From Candidatus Eiseniibacteriota bacterium (GTDB lineage Bacteria; Eisenbacteria; RBG-16-71-46; CAIMUX01; VGJL01), in assembly GCA_963792585.1 (NCBI GenBank), contig CAWBWI010000002.1:32001-96000 (forward strand): a DNA stretch of 64,000 nucleotides. The letters are read 5' to 3'. Both the position numbers and the translations under genes were made by a program. How positions within the stretch are numbered: the stretch's first letter is position 1; every line of letters starts with the position of its first letter. This document shows, one piece after another, positions 31,181 through 40,912 of this stretch. Below the pieces are notes generated by a model. That model was not told the DNA's origin, did not search any database, and saw only the letters and a program-made list of their open reading frames with translations.

Positions 31181-33379
31181 ATGAACCGGCTCTCGCTCGA
31201 GTTCCTCTCTGCCCACGGGATGGTATGGCTTTGCCTGGCCCCGGCCCTGATCGCCGCGGCGATCTGGTTCTATTACCGCACGCTTGCGCCGCTCGATCCG
31301 CCGAAGCGCAATCTCCTGCGCGCCCTGCGCGCCCTTGCCTTCATGATCGTCCTCTTTGCGCTCGCGGAGCCGGTTCTGACCCTCGTGCTCCCGGAGTCGG
31401 GGAAGCCCGGTCTCGCCGTCCTCGTGGATGGTTCGGCGAGCATGGCGCTGCCCGCGTCCAATCCTGCGGTCCCGTCGCGAGGGGCGGAAGGGGCGGGTTT
31501 GGCGGCCCGGATCGATGAGCGTATGAAGCGAAGCTTCCGTCTCGACTGGTTTCGATTCGGCGCGGCGCTGCGGGGATCCGACGGTCCTCCCCCGGTTTCC
31601 TCGGAAGGGAACACGGCCATCGGCGACTGCCTGTCGGCGCTGGGCGGGCGGCAAGGATCGCGGCCGGTCACCGGCGTGATCCTGATCACGGATGGCGTCA
31701 ACACATCGGGCGCCGATCCTATCGGCGCCGCGCGCGAGGTCGGCATCCCCGTCTTTCCGGTGCACTTGGGCAGCGCCAGCTCTCCGACCGACGCGCGGGT
31801 CCTCAACGTGCGCGCCAATCCGGTCGCGTTCGCGGGCGAGCCGACATCGCTCGAGATCGTGCTGGCCAGTTCTGGGATGGCGGCGCGAACGGTGGAGCTC
31901 AGGATCGAGGATCAGGGGCGACTTCTCGGCACGCGCGCCATCGTGTTCAGCGGCGGAGAGGATGTCGAGCAATCGATCCGGATGGATGTGCGGCCGGTCA
32001 CTCCCGGACTCCGCCGGTGGGAGGTCCAGTTGGTCGGGCTCGCCGATGCGGTGGCGGCGAATGATACCCGTTCGGTTGCCGTGCGGGTGATGGAGCGCAA
32101 GAACCGGATCCTCGTCGTCGAGGGACGCCTCGACTGGGATTTCACGTTTCTGCGTCGCGCCCTGGAGCCGGACAGCACCTTCGGGTACCGCTTCCTTCTC
32201 GCGGATCGCGAAGGACGATGGTTGCCGCCGCGGGCCGGCGCACCCGCGACGGGTCCAGGAGACCTTCGCGACTACGCCGCGATCGTGCTCGGAGAGGTCC
32301 CGACGGGGGCGCTCGGAGGCGGCTTCTACGCCGACCTGGCCCGCTACGTGGAGCAAGGGGGAGGGGTCCTCGTTCTCGGCGGACAGCATGGGCTCATGCG
32401 CCTGCGGGGAACGCCGCTCGAATCGAAGCTTCCCGCGACGATTCGGCCCGGCACGCCGGAGGATCAACCCACGCCGGTGCGGCTCGAGGCGGCCGGCCTG
32501 AACCATCCCATCACGGCGCTGGAGGACAGTCCGGCACGTGGCGAGGTCGTATGGGCGGGCCTGCCTCCGATATGGCCGAGCCCCGACCGCCTCACCCCGC
32601 AGCCGGGCTCCTCGGTTCTCCTCTCAGCCATGCGCCGCGGAGGCGTCGAGCCGATCTTGATCTCGGGCTTCGCGGGCCAAGGCAAGGTCGTCCTCCTCGA
32701 CGCGCATGGATTCTGGCGATGGGAGTTTCTCGCGCATGCTTCGGCGCAGCCTTCGGCGGATGCGTTTCGAGATTTCGCGATGCGAACCGTTCGCTGGCTT
32801 GCGGAACCGACCCTCCGCGATCGTTTCGTGGCGGAACCCGTGCGCGGCGTCTTCGAGAACGGCGAGCCGCCCGAGTTCACCGCACGGGTGTGGGACGAGG
32901 GCTATGCGCCGATCCTCGACGCGCGCGTACGCATCCGCATCATGCCCGCAGACTCGGGACGCGCCGATGGCGTCCTCCGCGAGTTCGAACTTCGACCGAG
33001 CGCCGGGGACGGCACCTATGCGGGTCAAACCGAGGCATTTCCTCCCGGCGCGTACCGCTATGTCGCCGAGGCGCGTAAGGGGGATGGAGATTCGATGATC
33101 GGCCGGAGCGAGTCTCTCTTCTGGGTGGACGAGAACGGCCCCGAGGCAGTGCGCCTTCGCCCCGACATCGCGGTCTGCGAACAGATTGCGCAGGCGAGCG
33201 GTGGGCAGAGCGCGGGGCCCGAAGGACTCGACGACTTGCTCGCGCGACTGCCCGGCGCTCTCCGTCGCGTGGGGCGCGTGCGTGAGATCGAACTCTGGAA
33301 CCACATCGCCCTCTTCGTCTCCTTCGTTGCCCTGCTCGGACTCGAGTGGTGGCTCCGCCGTCGCAGCGGCCTCGCCTGA
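31181..33379 (+). CDS. Membrane-anchored vWA / Ig-like / glutamine-amidotransferase-like protein
   Basis: N-terminal TMs, DGSASM MIDAS-like motif, LITDG, VEQGGGVLVLGG, C-terminal LEWWLRRRSGL. Confidence 0.8.
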   Translation: MNRLSLEFLSAHGMVWLCLAPALIAAAIWFYYRTLAPLDPPKRNLLRALRALAFMIVLFALAEPVLTLVLPESGKPGLAVLVDGSASMALPASNPAVPSRGAEGAGLAARIDERMKRSFRLDWFRFGAALRGSDGPPPVSSEGNTAIGDCLSALGGRQGSRPVTGVILITDGVNTSGADPIGAAREVGIPVFPVHLGSASSPTDARVLNVRANPVAFAGEPTSLEIVLASSGMAARTVELRIEDQGRLLGTRAIVFSGGEDVEQSIRMDVRPVTPGLRRWEVQLVGLADAVAANDTRSVAVRVMERKNRILVVEGRLDWDFTFLRRALEPDSTFGYRFLLADREGRWLPPRAGAPATGPGDLRDYAAIVLGEVPTGALGGGFYADLARYVEQGGGVLVLGGQHGLMRLRGTPLESKLPATIRPGTPEDQPTPVRLEAAGLNHPITALEDSPARGEVVWAGLPPIWPSPDRLTPQPGSSVLLSAMRRGGVEPILISGFAGQGKVVLLDAHGFWRWEFLAHASAQPSADAFRDFAMRTVRWLAEPTLRDRFVAEPVRGVFENGEPPEFTARVWDEGYAPILDARVRIRIMPADSGRADGVLREFELRPSAGDGTYAGQTEAFPPGAYRYVAEARKGDGDSMIGRSESLFWVDENGPEAVRLRPDIAVCEQIAQASGGQSAGPEGLDDLLARLPGALRRVGRVREIELWNHIALFVSFVALLGLEWWLRRRSGLA

Positions 33380-33465
33380 TCCCTTCCTGACCGGCATCGA
33401 TCCTGCTTGCTCCTCGTTCCCGCGACGAGCCTCGTCGGCCGCTCGCCGCCCGCAAGGAGGAGACG

Positions 33466-35145
33466 GTGAGGATCGATTGCCATTCCCGCTATTCCACCAG
33501 CGCCGCCGCGATCGCGGCGGCGCTCGCAGTGATGATCGTGACGCCGGCTGGAGCGGCACTCGTCCTCAACGAGATCCTCTACGATCCCGATGGTCCCGAC
33601 GCGGGTCGCGAGTTCGTCGAGATCATCAATACGGGCCTCTACGCGGCGCCGCTCGAAGGTCTCGCGATCGAGGCCGGCAATGGATCGCGTCCTGACGACT
33701 GGAAGGTGGTCTGGAGTGGTCGCCGGGGCGTCGCCATCGCGCCGGGACAGCTCTATCGCGTCGGGTTGGAACGGCCGGGCGCGGGCGAGCCCGCGGAGCT
33801 CTCCCTTCAGAACGGCCCCGACGGCGTACGCCTCTCGAGACAAGGGTTCGTGCTCGACCGATGCGGGTGGGGCGACCTCGCCCATCCCGAATACTTCGAG
33901 GGACACCCCGCCCGCGCGGTTCGAGCCGGGATGAGCCTTGCGCGCGCCGACGACGGCGCGGATACCGACGACAACGCGGCCGACTTCGTTGAGGCCGTTC
34001 CAACGCCCGGGCGCGCGAACCGTCCACGAAACGACTGGGCGCTCCGTCTGATCCTCAACGGTGCGTGGCGACCGAGGCCCGGCGACACCGTTCCCGTCCG
34101 TGTCCAGGTCGCGAACCTCGGTCGCGAAGAACGGATCCCGCCGTCGGTCGCGATTGCGGATGCAGGTCGGATCATCTGGGCCGGTTGGAGCGAGAGCGCG
34201 GCCCCCGGCGCCGCCGTGGAGCAGTTGGTCACGCTCATCGCCCCGCCGGATACGGGCAGGTTCGTCTGGCGCGCGAAGATCGGCGCCGATGACGAGGTTC
34301 CGGAGAACGACGCCGATTCGCTCTCCCTACGGGCGGGACCCGGGTGTCTTCGGATCACCGAGATCATGGCCGACCCGGGCCCGGAGTCCTGTGAGTGGAT
34401 CGAGCTGCGGCTCGATCGCGAGGATGGCCGATCGATCTCAGGACGTGCGCTCGATGTCCGGGGCCATCGCGCGAATCTCGCGGTGCGCGCGAACTCGCTG
34501 CAGGGACGCTATGCCGTGGTTGCGGAGGACTCCATGAAGATGCGGCTTCGGTATCCGGATCTCCATGCGTCCGCGATATGGCCCTACGAAGGCAGCTGGC
34601 CGCGCCTGCGCAACGGGGATCGATCCGGAGGCATCTCGGACACCCTGCTTGTGCGCGGCCCGGATGGGATCGTCGAGGAGATCGCGCTTCCGGGACCTGC
34701 GCCTGCAGCCGGCGTCTCTCTGGAGCGGCTCGAGGCGGACATTCCCGAAGGACCCGCCGCATGGGTCCCATGCGCGGACGAAACCGGCGCAACGCCGGGC
34801 CGGGCGGGTCCCGGCGGAGGGATCGCCCCGATGGCGGGTGGTCTGCAAGTCCATCCGCGAATCGTGCGTCCGGGGTCGACTGCGTGTCTGATCGAGGGAA
34901 GCATCGGCAACACGCCGGGAGAGGTCCGCTTGAGCATTCACGACCTCAACGGCGGCTCGGTCCGTTGCCTGCTCCAGGGAGTCCTTGCGACCGGAACGAT
35001 CCTCGCGAGTTGGGACGGTCGGGACGAATCGGGGCGAACCGTCGATCCGGGAGTCTATGTGGCCGTGGTCGAGATCGAGCGCAAGGGGGGTGTGATCGAT
35101 CGGCTTCGCACTGCGCTCGCCGTGGAACCCGGAGAGTCGCCATGA
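33466..35145 (+). CDS. Lamin-tail-domain protein (two LTDs) with FlgD-like C-terminal domain
   Basis: LNEILYDP..EFVEI, ITEIMADP..EWIEL, TPG; WDGRDESG..V.PGVY. Confidence 0.78.
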   Translation: MRIDCHSRYSTSAAAIAAALAVMIVTPAGAALVLNEILYDPDGPDAGREFVEIINTGLYAAPLEGLAIEAGNGSRPDDWKVVWSGRRGVAIAPGQLYRVGLERPGAGEPAELSLQNGPDGVRLSRQGFVLDRCGWGDLAHPEYFEGHPARAVRAGMSLARADDGADTDDNAADFVEAVPTPGRANRPRNDWALRLILNGAWRPRPGDTVPVRVQVANLGREERIPPSVAIADAGRIIWAGWSESAAPGAAVEQLVTLIAPPDTGRFVWRAKIGADDEVPENDADSLSLRAGPGCLRITEIMADPGPESCEWIELRLDREDGRSISGRALDVRGHRANLAVRANSLQGRYAVVAEDSMKMRLRYPDLHASAIWPYEGSWPRLRNGDRSGGISDTLLVRGPDGIVEEIALPGPAPAAGVSLERLEADIPEGPAAWVPCADETGATPGRAGPGGGIAPMAGGLQVHPRIVRPGSTACLIEGSIGNTPGEVRLSIHDLNGGSVRCLLQGVLATGTILASWDGRDESGRTVDPGVYVAVVEIERKGGVIDRLRTALAVEPGESP

Positions 35146-35885
35146 AGATCGTGATCGCTCTCATGTTTTGCCTGGTGTCCGCGGGCGTGGTGCGGGCGGC
35201 GTTCGAGTCTCTCCCGGGACCCGCGCCCGGATGCGCTTCCGTCTGGGCCTGGCCACTCCGCGAGGCGAGGGCCGCTCCGTGGAGCGGTGGATTGTCGCTC
35301 GGTCACCCCGCCGCGGTGGACGATCTGGTCTGGACGCACGCATGGGGCGGTCGCAGGATCGCCAAGGTCGACTGCCTCGCCGAGCTCTTCAGCTTCGGGC
35401 TCGACGATATCTACCGTGAAGGGATCGCGGGTCTCTGGGTTTCGACGCGGGGAATCGGGGTCGGCCTCCGGCGCTGGCAGGTGACGTGGGCGGACGGTCT
35501 TCAACGCCATGGGTGGACCGCCTCGGCGGAGGTTCTGCTGCGTCGGGGTCGTACGAGCGGTCGGGTGGTGGCGCAGGACCTCGCGGTGAGCCAGTCGGAT
35601 CGCACGGCCCCCCGACCAACGCTCGCGGCCATCTGTAGTCGACCCATCGGCTCGACACTGGACGCGGCGGCAGCGGTCCGCCGAAGTCGACTCGGCGGCG
35701 CCTTCGTCTGGCGTCTTCGCTGGACCCCTGTTCCCTGTCTCGGGCTGACGGAGGAGTTTCTCACGCCGGGGACATTCACCTCCGGGGTCGAGTTGCGGAC
35801 GTCGCGGCTGCGGGCGGGGCTATGGTACGCCCCACTCGCCGCGATCGGCGCGCGCACGGGCGTTTCTCTCTCATGGGGCGCATAG
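35142..35885 (+). CDS. Exported hypothetical protein (possible small beta-barrel)
   Basis: Signal peptide MKIVIALMFCLVSAGVVRA; ATGA overlap; ends GVSLSWGA. Confidence 0.55.
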   Translation: MKIVIALMFCLVSAGVVRAAFESLPGPAPGCASVWAWPLREARAAPWSGGLSLGHPAAVDDLVWTHAWGGRRIAKVDCLAELFSFGLDDIYREGIAGLWVSTRGIGVGLRRWQVTWADGLQRHGWTASAEVLLRRGRTSGRVVAQDLAVSQSDRTAPRPTLAAICSRPIGSTLDAAAAVRRSRLGGAFVWRLRWTPVPCLGLTEEFLTPGTFTSGVELRTSRLRAGLWYAPLAAIGARTGVSLSWGA

Positions 35886-37201
35886 GCCTGACGATTGTCC
35901 TCTGTCTGTGCGCCCCGCAGGTTCTCGCGTCGGCCCTGCTCGTGGATCTGAGCGAGCCCGACCCTGCCGGACTCGACGATCTCCCGGGGATCACCGATGA
36001 GGAGGCACGGCTGCTGCGCGAGGCCTCTGGGCCGAGCCCCGAGGATCTCGGGCGAAGACTCGCGTCAACGCGACTCGGGACCGACCGGCTCGCCGAGTGG
36101 GCGCCATACCTCACGGTGGGACCGACCGACGCGTCGTGGGACGTCGACGCGTCCGCCGGCGGCGAAGCGGACGTCGTCGGAACGGTACGCCAGCGCATCC
36201 GCATCGCCTCCAACGGCTGCCGCGTCGAAGCGGCGTGGAAGCGCACGGCCCGGTCCCCTCTCGGACAGGAGCATGCGTGGATCACCTGCCCGGGCGGAAT
36301 GAAGAGCGAGATCTCGGCCGGCGCGATCTCGGGCCGTTGGACGGGTCCCGCGCCCTGGGAGGACCCGGTCGCTCGCGGCCGTCTCGTGCAAGGGGACGAC
36401 TCCGATTGTGTCCCGGTCGGGCGGGCGGGGGCGAGAGGGCTTTCCATTCGAGCGCCGCGACTCCATCTCATGGGGTGGACCGATCGGGAATACGGCCGAG
36501 GATGGATGGGCCGCTCCGGCGGCACCCGACGTTGGATCTGGGCAGCGATCTCGCCGGGCCGTGGATCGGGCGGAGGTCTGGGGTTCGCGCTGGCTTCGGC
36601 CGGAGTCACATGTGCGGCGCACTTTCCGCAAGACCGCGGACGTTTCTTGCGGATCGGAATCCACGCCCGAGCCGGCTCGACGGCGCTGGTCCTGGCCGCG
36701 CCGATCGACGGTGACCGCGGTTCCGGGCTTGCGAGGATCGACGCGCGATCGAGGGCCGGCGCAGGTCCATTCACCATCCGCGCGGAGGGGGGTTGCACGC
36801 AGGGAGCCGGTCGAACTCCGCTTCGCCGCAACGGGACGATTTCTCTCGCGCGTAGCGCGCCGTTCAGCCGCGTGACGCTCACCGGCGCATGGACCGAGGC
36901 AGGAGGCCGTCTGTCCTGTCGCATGGAGCGGCAGATCGCTGCTTGGATCGCGAAGGGGTCGGTGGGATGCCCATTGGAGCGGGACGGCGGGGCCGTGGAC
37001 GCGCGACTGGGCTTTCTCCGCCCGGTGGGTCGCATCCGCGCGGAGTCGACGATCGCCGCGAGAGATCACGCATGGGAGGCGGGGGTGACCGCCTCCACGA
37101 TCGGAACCGGCGCGCGGGCGCGTGTGAGCCTCCGCATCCCGCTCACCCATCGGCCGCGATCTCCACGATGGGAGATCGCCGTCGGGGAGCGAGGCGGCTG
37201 A
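35873..37201 (+). CDS. Exported protein with N-terminal ComEA-like helix-hairpin-helix motif
   Basis: Signal peptide then VDLSEPDPAGLDDLPGITDEEARLL; beta-rich remainder. Confidence 0.5.
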   Translation: MGRIGLTIVLCLCAPQVLASALLVDLSEPDPAGLDDLPGITDEEARLLREASGPSPEDLGRRLASTRLGTDRLAEWAPYLTVGPTDASWDVDASAGGEADVVGTVRQRIRIASNGCRVEAAWKRTARSPLGQEHAWITCPGGMKSEISAGAISGRWTGPAPWEDPVARGRLVQGDDSDCVPVGRAGARGLSIRAPRLHLMGWTDREYGRGWMGRSGGTRRWIWAAISPGRGSGGGLGFALASAGVTCAAHFPQDRGRFLRIGIHARAGSTALVLAAPIDGDRGSGLARIDARSRAGAGPFTIRAEGGCTQGAGRTPLRRNGTISLARSAPFSRVTLTGAWTEAGGRLSCRMERQIAAWIAKGSVGCPLERDGGAVDARLGFLRPVGRIRAESTIAARDHAWEAGVTASTIGTGARARVSLRIPLTHRPRSPRWEIAVGERGG

Positions 37202-37261
37202 CGGCGGAGGATCCGCCTGCTAGGCTCTCGAAAGCGAGGGGATCCGGTCAGGGGAGGGAAC

Positions 37262-39043
37262 ATGAACAAAGCCCGCACCGCCAAGCGTCCGAAAGGTCGT
37301 CGCGACCCGCGGGCTTTCACGCTCATCCTCATCACTCTTCCATGGCTCATCCTTGGGGGGATCGAGGGGATCCTGCGCGTGAGCGGGGTCGCGCGGCCGC
37401 CGTCGTTCTACCTTCACCGGGAGGTCGCGGGCCGCACCTGGCTCCAGATCCACCCGTCGCTCGGAGATCGCTTCTTCACCCCGGCGCTACGGGGAATCGT
37501 CCCGTCCCCGAATTTCCAGGTTCTGCCCGCCGAAAAACCGGCGGACACGAAACGGATCCTCTGTGTCGGCGAGTCGACGACAGCCGGATTCCCGTTCCCG
37601 GTGACCGGCGGATTCCCGGCTCTGCTCCAGGGAATCCTCCAGGAGGCGGATCCGTCGACCCGCTGGGAGGTGATCAACTGCGGCATGACCGGCATCAGCT
37701 CGAGTTCGGTTGCCGCTGTGATCGATGAAATGCTGGCCGCTCACCCCGACTACCTCGTGGTCTACCTCGGCCACAACGAGTTCTACGGAGCCGGAGGCGC
37801 TCGATCTCCGGGGCTGGGCCTACGCAATCTCCGCATCGTGCGGCTCATGGAACGCCTCTTCAGCCGGCGCGCTCAGGAGAAACAGCCGGGCACTCTGATG
37901 GAACGAATCGCCGCGCGCGCGGGCATCCCGGCGCGAAGCCCCCTGCGGAAGGCCGCGTGCCGTCGCTATGAGAGTCGAATCGATCGGATTCTGGATGCGG
38001 CGGAGCGCAAGGGGACCCGGGTCATTCTCTGCGAGCTGGTCTCGAACGAGAAGGATCTCTATCCATTCGGGACGCCGGGAGGGGATGCGGCGCGCGCGGT
38101 CCATGATCCTTCCCAGTGGACCGAGGATCGACCCTTGCCGAGCGCGGCGGGAGCGATCGCGACGGCCATCACGCAGCGGCTCGCCAAGGACTCCCTGAAT
38201 GCCGGGTTGTTCTATCTGCGGGGCGTCGCCCGCGTTGCGGCCGGCGACGCGGATGGAGCGAGGGATTTCGTGCAGGCGCGGAACCTCGATGCGGTCCCGT
38301 TCCGTGCGCCCGACCCGATCAACGCGATCCTCCGCAGGATCGCGGCGCGCAGGCATGTTCCTCTCGTGCCGACCGAGAAGCTCTTCCGCGCCGCATCGCC
38401 GACGGGAATCCCCGGTCGGGAGTCGTTCGTGGAGCACCTGCATCCCACATTTCTCGGGAATGCGCGGATCGCGGCAGCCGTATCCGGGGAGATCCTTGGC
38501 CGGCCGGCCTCGCCGGTTACCCTTGCGGACGCGGCCCGCTGGCTCAAGGGCTCGGCGCTCACGCGTCTCGACCTGTCGTTCGCGGATGCGCGCATCGCGC
38601 AGCTCCTGCGGCGATGGCCCTACGCGCGGGAGGGGGAGGACGCGCCGCCGTTCGCATATCGGGCACGCTCGGTCCGTGAGGAAGCGGTCACGATCCTCAG
38701 CGCGGCGGGCGACAGCGCGGGAGCGACGTACATGAGCGTTCGCGATCCGGAGGAGGAGTCCCTCGCTCAGGCCCTGCTCGCGAAGAAGATCGACTTGTTG
38801 GCCGCGCACACGAAGCTCGCCCGCTATCGGGAAGGACGGAATGAACTCTACCCTGCGGCGCGCGAATACGCGGCGGCAACGGCCCTCTATCCCGTCGACC
38901 CGGCCCTGTGGGTCGAGTACGGCGAGGTCCTGCTGCGGGTCGGAGATCGACGTGGTGCGGGTTCGGCCGCACAGCGGGCCCAGTTCTGGAGTCCCGGAGA
39001 TGGACACGCCGCCGACCTGCTCCACAGGGCGACCGGGCGATGA
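37262..39043 (+). CDS. SGNH/GDSL hydrolase with TPR repeats
   Basis: GESTTAG, EVINCG, YLGHNEFYG, EHLHP; N-terminal TM. Confidence 0.8.
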   Translation: MNKARTAKRPKGRRDPRAFTLILITLPWLILGGIEGILRVSGVARPPSFYLHREVAGRTWLQIHPSLGDRFFTPALRGIVPSPNFQVLPAEKPADTKRILCVGESTTAGFPFPVTGGFPALLQGILQEADPSTRWEVINCGMTGISSSSVAAVIDEMLAAHPDYLVVYLGHNEFYGAGGARSPGLGLRNLRIVRLMERLFSRRAQEKQPGTLMERIAARAGIPARSPLRKAACRRYESRIDRILDAAERKGTRVILCELVSNEKDLYPFGTPGGDAARAVHDPSQWTEDRPLPSAAGAIATAITQRLAKDSLNAGLFYLRGVARVAAGDADGARDFVQARNLDAVPFRAPDPINAILRRIAARRHVPLVPTEKLFRAASPTGIPGRESFVEHLHPTFLGNARIAAAVSGEILGRPASPVTLADAARWLKGSALTRLDLSFADARIAQLLRRWPYAREGEDAPPFAYRARSVREEAVTILSAAGDSAGATYMSVRDPEEESLAQALLAKKIDLLAAHTKLARYREGRNELYPAAREYAAATALYPVDPALWVEYGEVLLRVGDRRGAGSAAQRAQFWSPGDGHAADLLHRATGR

Positions 39044-39068
39044 TGGCCATCCGGACGCTCGACAACAC

Positions 39069-39103
39069 GAAACGGGGAGATCCCCGAAGGATCCCCCCGT
39101 TTC
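39069..39103 (-). terminator. Intrinsic terminator (possibly bidirectional)
   Basis: Minus strand GAAACGGGGGGATCC-TTCGG-GGATCTCCCCGTTTC; the single mismatch is G-U only on the minus strand. Confidence 0.75.
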
Positions 39104-39296
39104 CAAATCGCAGGCTATCACACCGAGGTCACGGGCCTGCCCCGTCGGTCCCGATCCGGGCGCTCCTGCCCGGGGAGGTTTCTCGCGTCCCCTCGCTCCT
39201 CTTCGCTATGTGTCGCGGGTCGACGGGTGCACCGCACACGGCCGGTAGTCGAACGCTCCCAAGAAGACCGCGTCGGGTCATCCTCGGAAGCGAACT
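39104..39296 (-). ncRNA. Candidate small non-coding RNA (6S-like rod or novel)
   Basis: Lies between a promoter and a terminator; nested end-to-end pairing; no credible ORF. Confidence 0.55.
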
Positions 39297-39301
39297 CCCG
39301 C

Positions 39302-39330
39302 ATGGTAAGGGGGGCGGCTCACGGGCTCAA
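39302..39330 (-). promoter_or_regulatory. Sigma70 promoter for the candidate ncRNA
   Basis: TTGAGC-17 nt-TACCAT on minus strand. Confidence 0.55.
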
Positions 39331-39359
39331 CCGCAACTTGATACGACCCGGGGCGGCGT

Positions 39360-40736
39360 ATGAGCGGGCCCGCGGACCTTCGCGACCGGCTCCACCGGGA
39401 GATGCTTGCCTCGGACCGGGTCTGGTCCTCCGAGGAGATCGCCCGGGAGGTGCTCAAGATCGTCTCGGACGCGAGCCGGGCCGACCGCCTCGTCGGCGCG
39501 GTGCTCGGCGGGGACACCCGTTTCGTGCGGGATGGAGTTTCATGGCGGGCCCGCGCGGCGCGGGCTCCCAGCCTCGAATCGAGTGCGTTTCTGCTCTGCG
39601 ACTTGCCGCCTGCCAACACGGGCGGCACCGTGACCCCCCTCTGTCTGCGGGCCTGGGTGCCCGTCGGCGTCCGGACCGGGCCAATCGTCGAGATCGGGAT
39701 CGACGGGACGGGATTGGAAGCGGCAGAGGGAATCCTGGAAGGGCGCGTGGCGGTGAGCGCGACCGCGGCGGCGGCGCGGCGCCGGCTCCACAGCCTCGAG
39801 CGGACGCATGCCCTCCCGGCGGTTTCGGAGCGCATGCTCGATCTCGCGGCCGTGTTGCGCCTCGTGGGTGAGGCGTTGCCCGGGCCGTTGTCGAGCCCGG
39901 AGCCGGCATCGAGCGAGGAGCGACTCGGCGCGACCGCGGCGGCGCTCGAACGGGTGCTCGCCCTTTTCGGCACCCTGTCCCTCGACGAGATCGAGGCCAA
40001 GATCGAGGGTTCGATCCGGACGCGGCCCGTCGATTTCTCCCGCTACGCCTTCACGAGGAGCGATCTCGATAGGATTCCGGAGAGGCCCGGGGTCTATCGC
40101 TTCATCGGGGAGGGAGAAACGCTCCTCTATGTCGGCAAGTCGCGGGATCTGCGCCGGCGCATCGGCAGCTACTTCCGTCCTCTCGCCGCGGACCATCAAC
40201 GGCGGGGTCGACTCCTCGAGGCAATCCGGAGTTTGGAATGGGAAGCGGTCCCTTCGGAGCTGGAGGCCCTGCTGATCGAGGCCGAGACCATCCGTTTGGC
40301 GAATCCATCCTTCAACCAGCAGCTCGCGATCCACGCGGAGGTCGCTGAAAGCCCCGCCGCGGACGGTGATATTGGGTTCGTCCTGTGCGAGGGGGACCCG
40401 GAGTCGGTCTCGCTATTCCTGCTCCGCCGCAGGATCCCCTGGGCTCGAGGGCGCCTGCCGCGAACCTCGGCTTCGGCCGCCGTCGAGGCGGCGACCCGAT
40501 GTGTTCGTGCTTGGGAGGTAGGAGAGATCCGCCCGGCGGAGGGAATTCTGACCCCCATGGACCCGGAGGGGCGGACCCTCGTGAACCGGTACCTGCGCCT
40601 CCACCGCGATCGGATCGATCGACTTCGGGTATCGGACTTCCCCGATCCCGTGGCCGCCGCGGAGGCGCTCGCGGCATTGGCGGTGCGTCCGAGACCGGCG
40701 TGGGATGCATGGAGCTTGCGTTCTCCCACGTGCTAG
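39360..40736 (+). CDS. GIY-YIG (UvrC/Cho-like) nuclease with degenerate N-terminal DnaQ-like region
   Basis: PGVYRF...LYVGKSRDLRRRIGSYF, ELEALLIE, PSFN. Confidence 0.8.
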   Translation: MSGPADLRDRLHREMLASDRVWSSEEIAREVLKIVSDASRADRLVGAVLGGDTRFVRDGVSWRARAARAPSLESSAFLLCDLPPANTGGTVTPLCLRAWVPVGVRTGPIVEIGIDGTGLEAAEGILEGRVAVSATAAAARRRLHSLERTHALPAVSERMLDLAAVLRLVGEALPGPLSSPEPASSEERLGATAAALERVLALFGTLSLDEIEAKIEGSIRTRPVDFSRYAFTRSDLDRIPERPGVYRFIGEGETLLYVGKSRDLRRRIGSYFRPLAADHQRRGRLLEAIRSLEWEAVPSELEALLIEAETIRLANPSFNQQLAIHAEVAESPAADGDIGFVLCEGDPESVSLFLLRRRIPWARGRLPRTSASAAVEAATRCVRAWEVGEIRPAEGILTPMDPEGRTLVNRYLRLHRDRIDRLRVSDFPDPVAAAEALAALAVRPRPAWDAWSLRSPTC

Positions 40737-40912
40737 AATCCCTCCTGGCCGGCGACCGCAGCCACGCGGGAGTTTTCGCCCCGCCGCCCGATCGATGACG
40801 ACAGGGGCCGGGCGGAGGCTTCACCGGAGCGGGTGAGGCGCCGACCGCGACGATGGGTAAATGGGGGGAGCTGCCCGGCGCACGCGGGAATGGCTCCGAG
40901 GGAGGAGGAGAG

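Noticed and set aside
39118..39303. 61-aa minus ORF in the ncRNA candidate region
   Set aside because: Its ATG lies inside the predicted -10 box, it has no RBS, and the composition is not protein-like.
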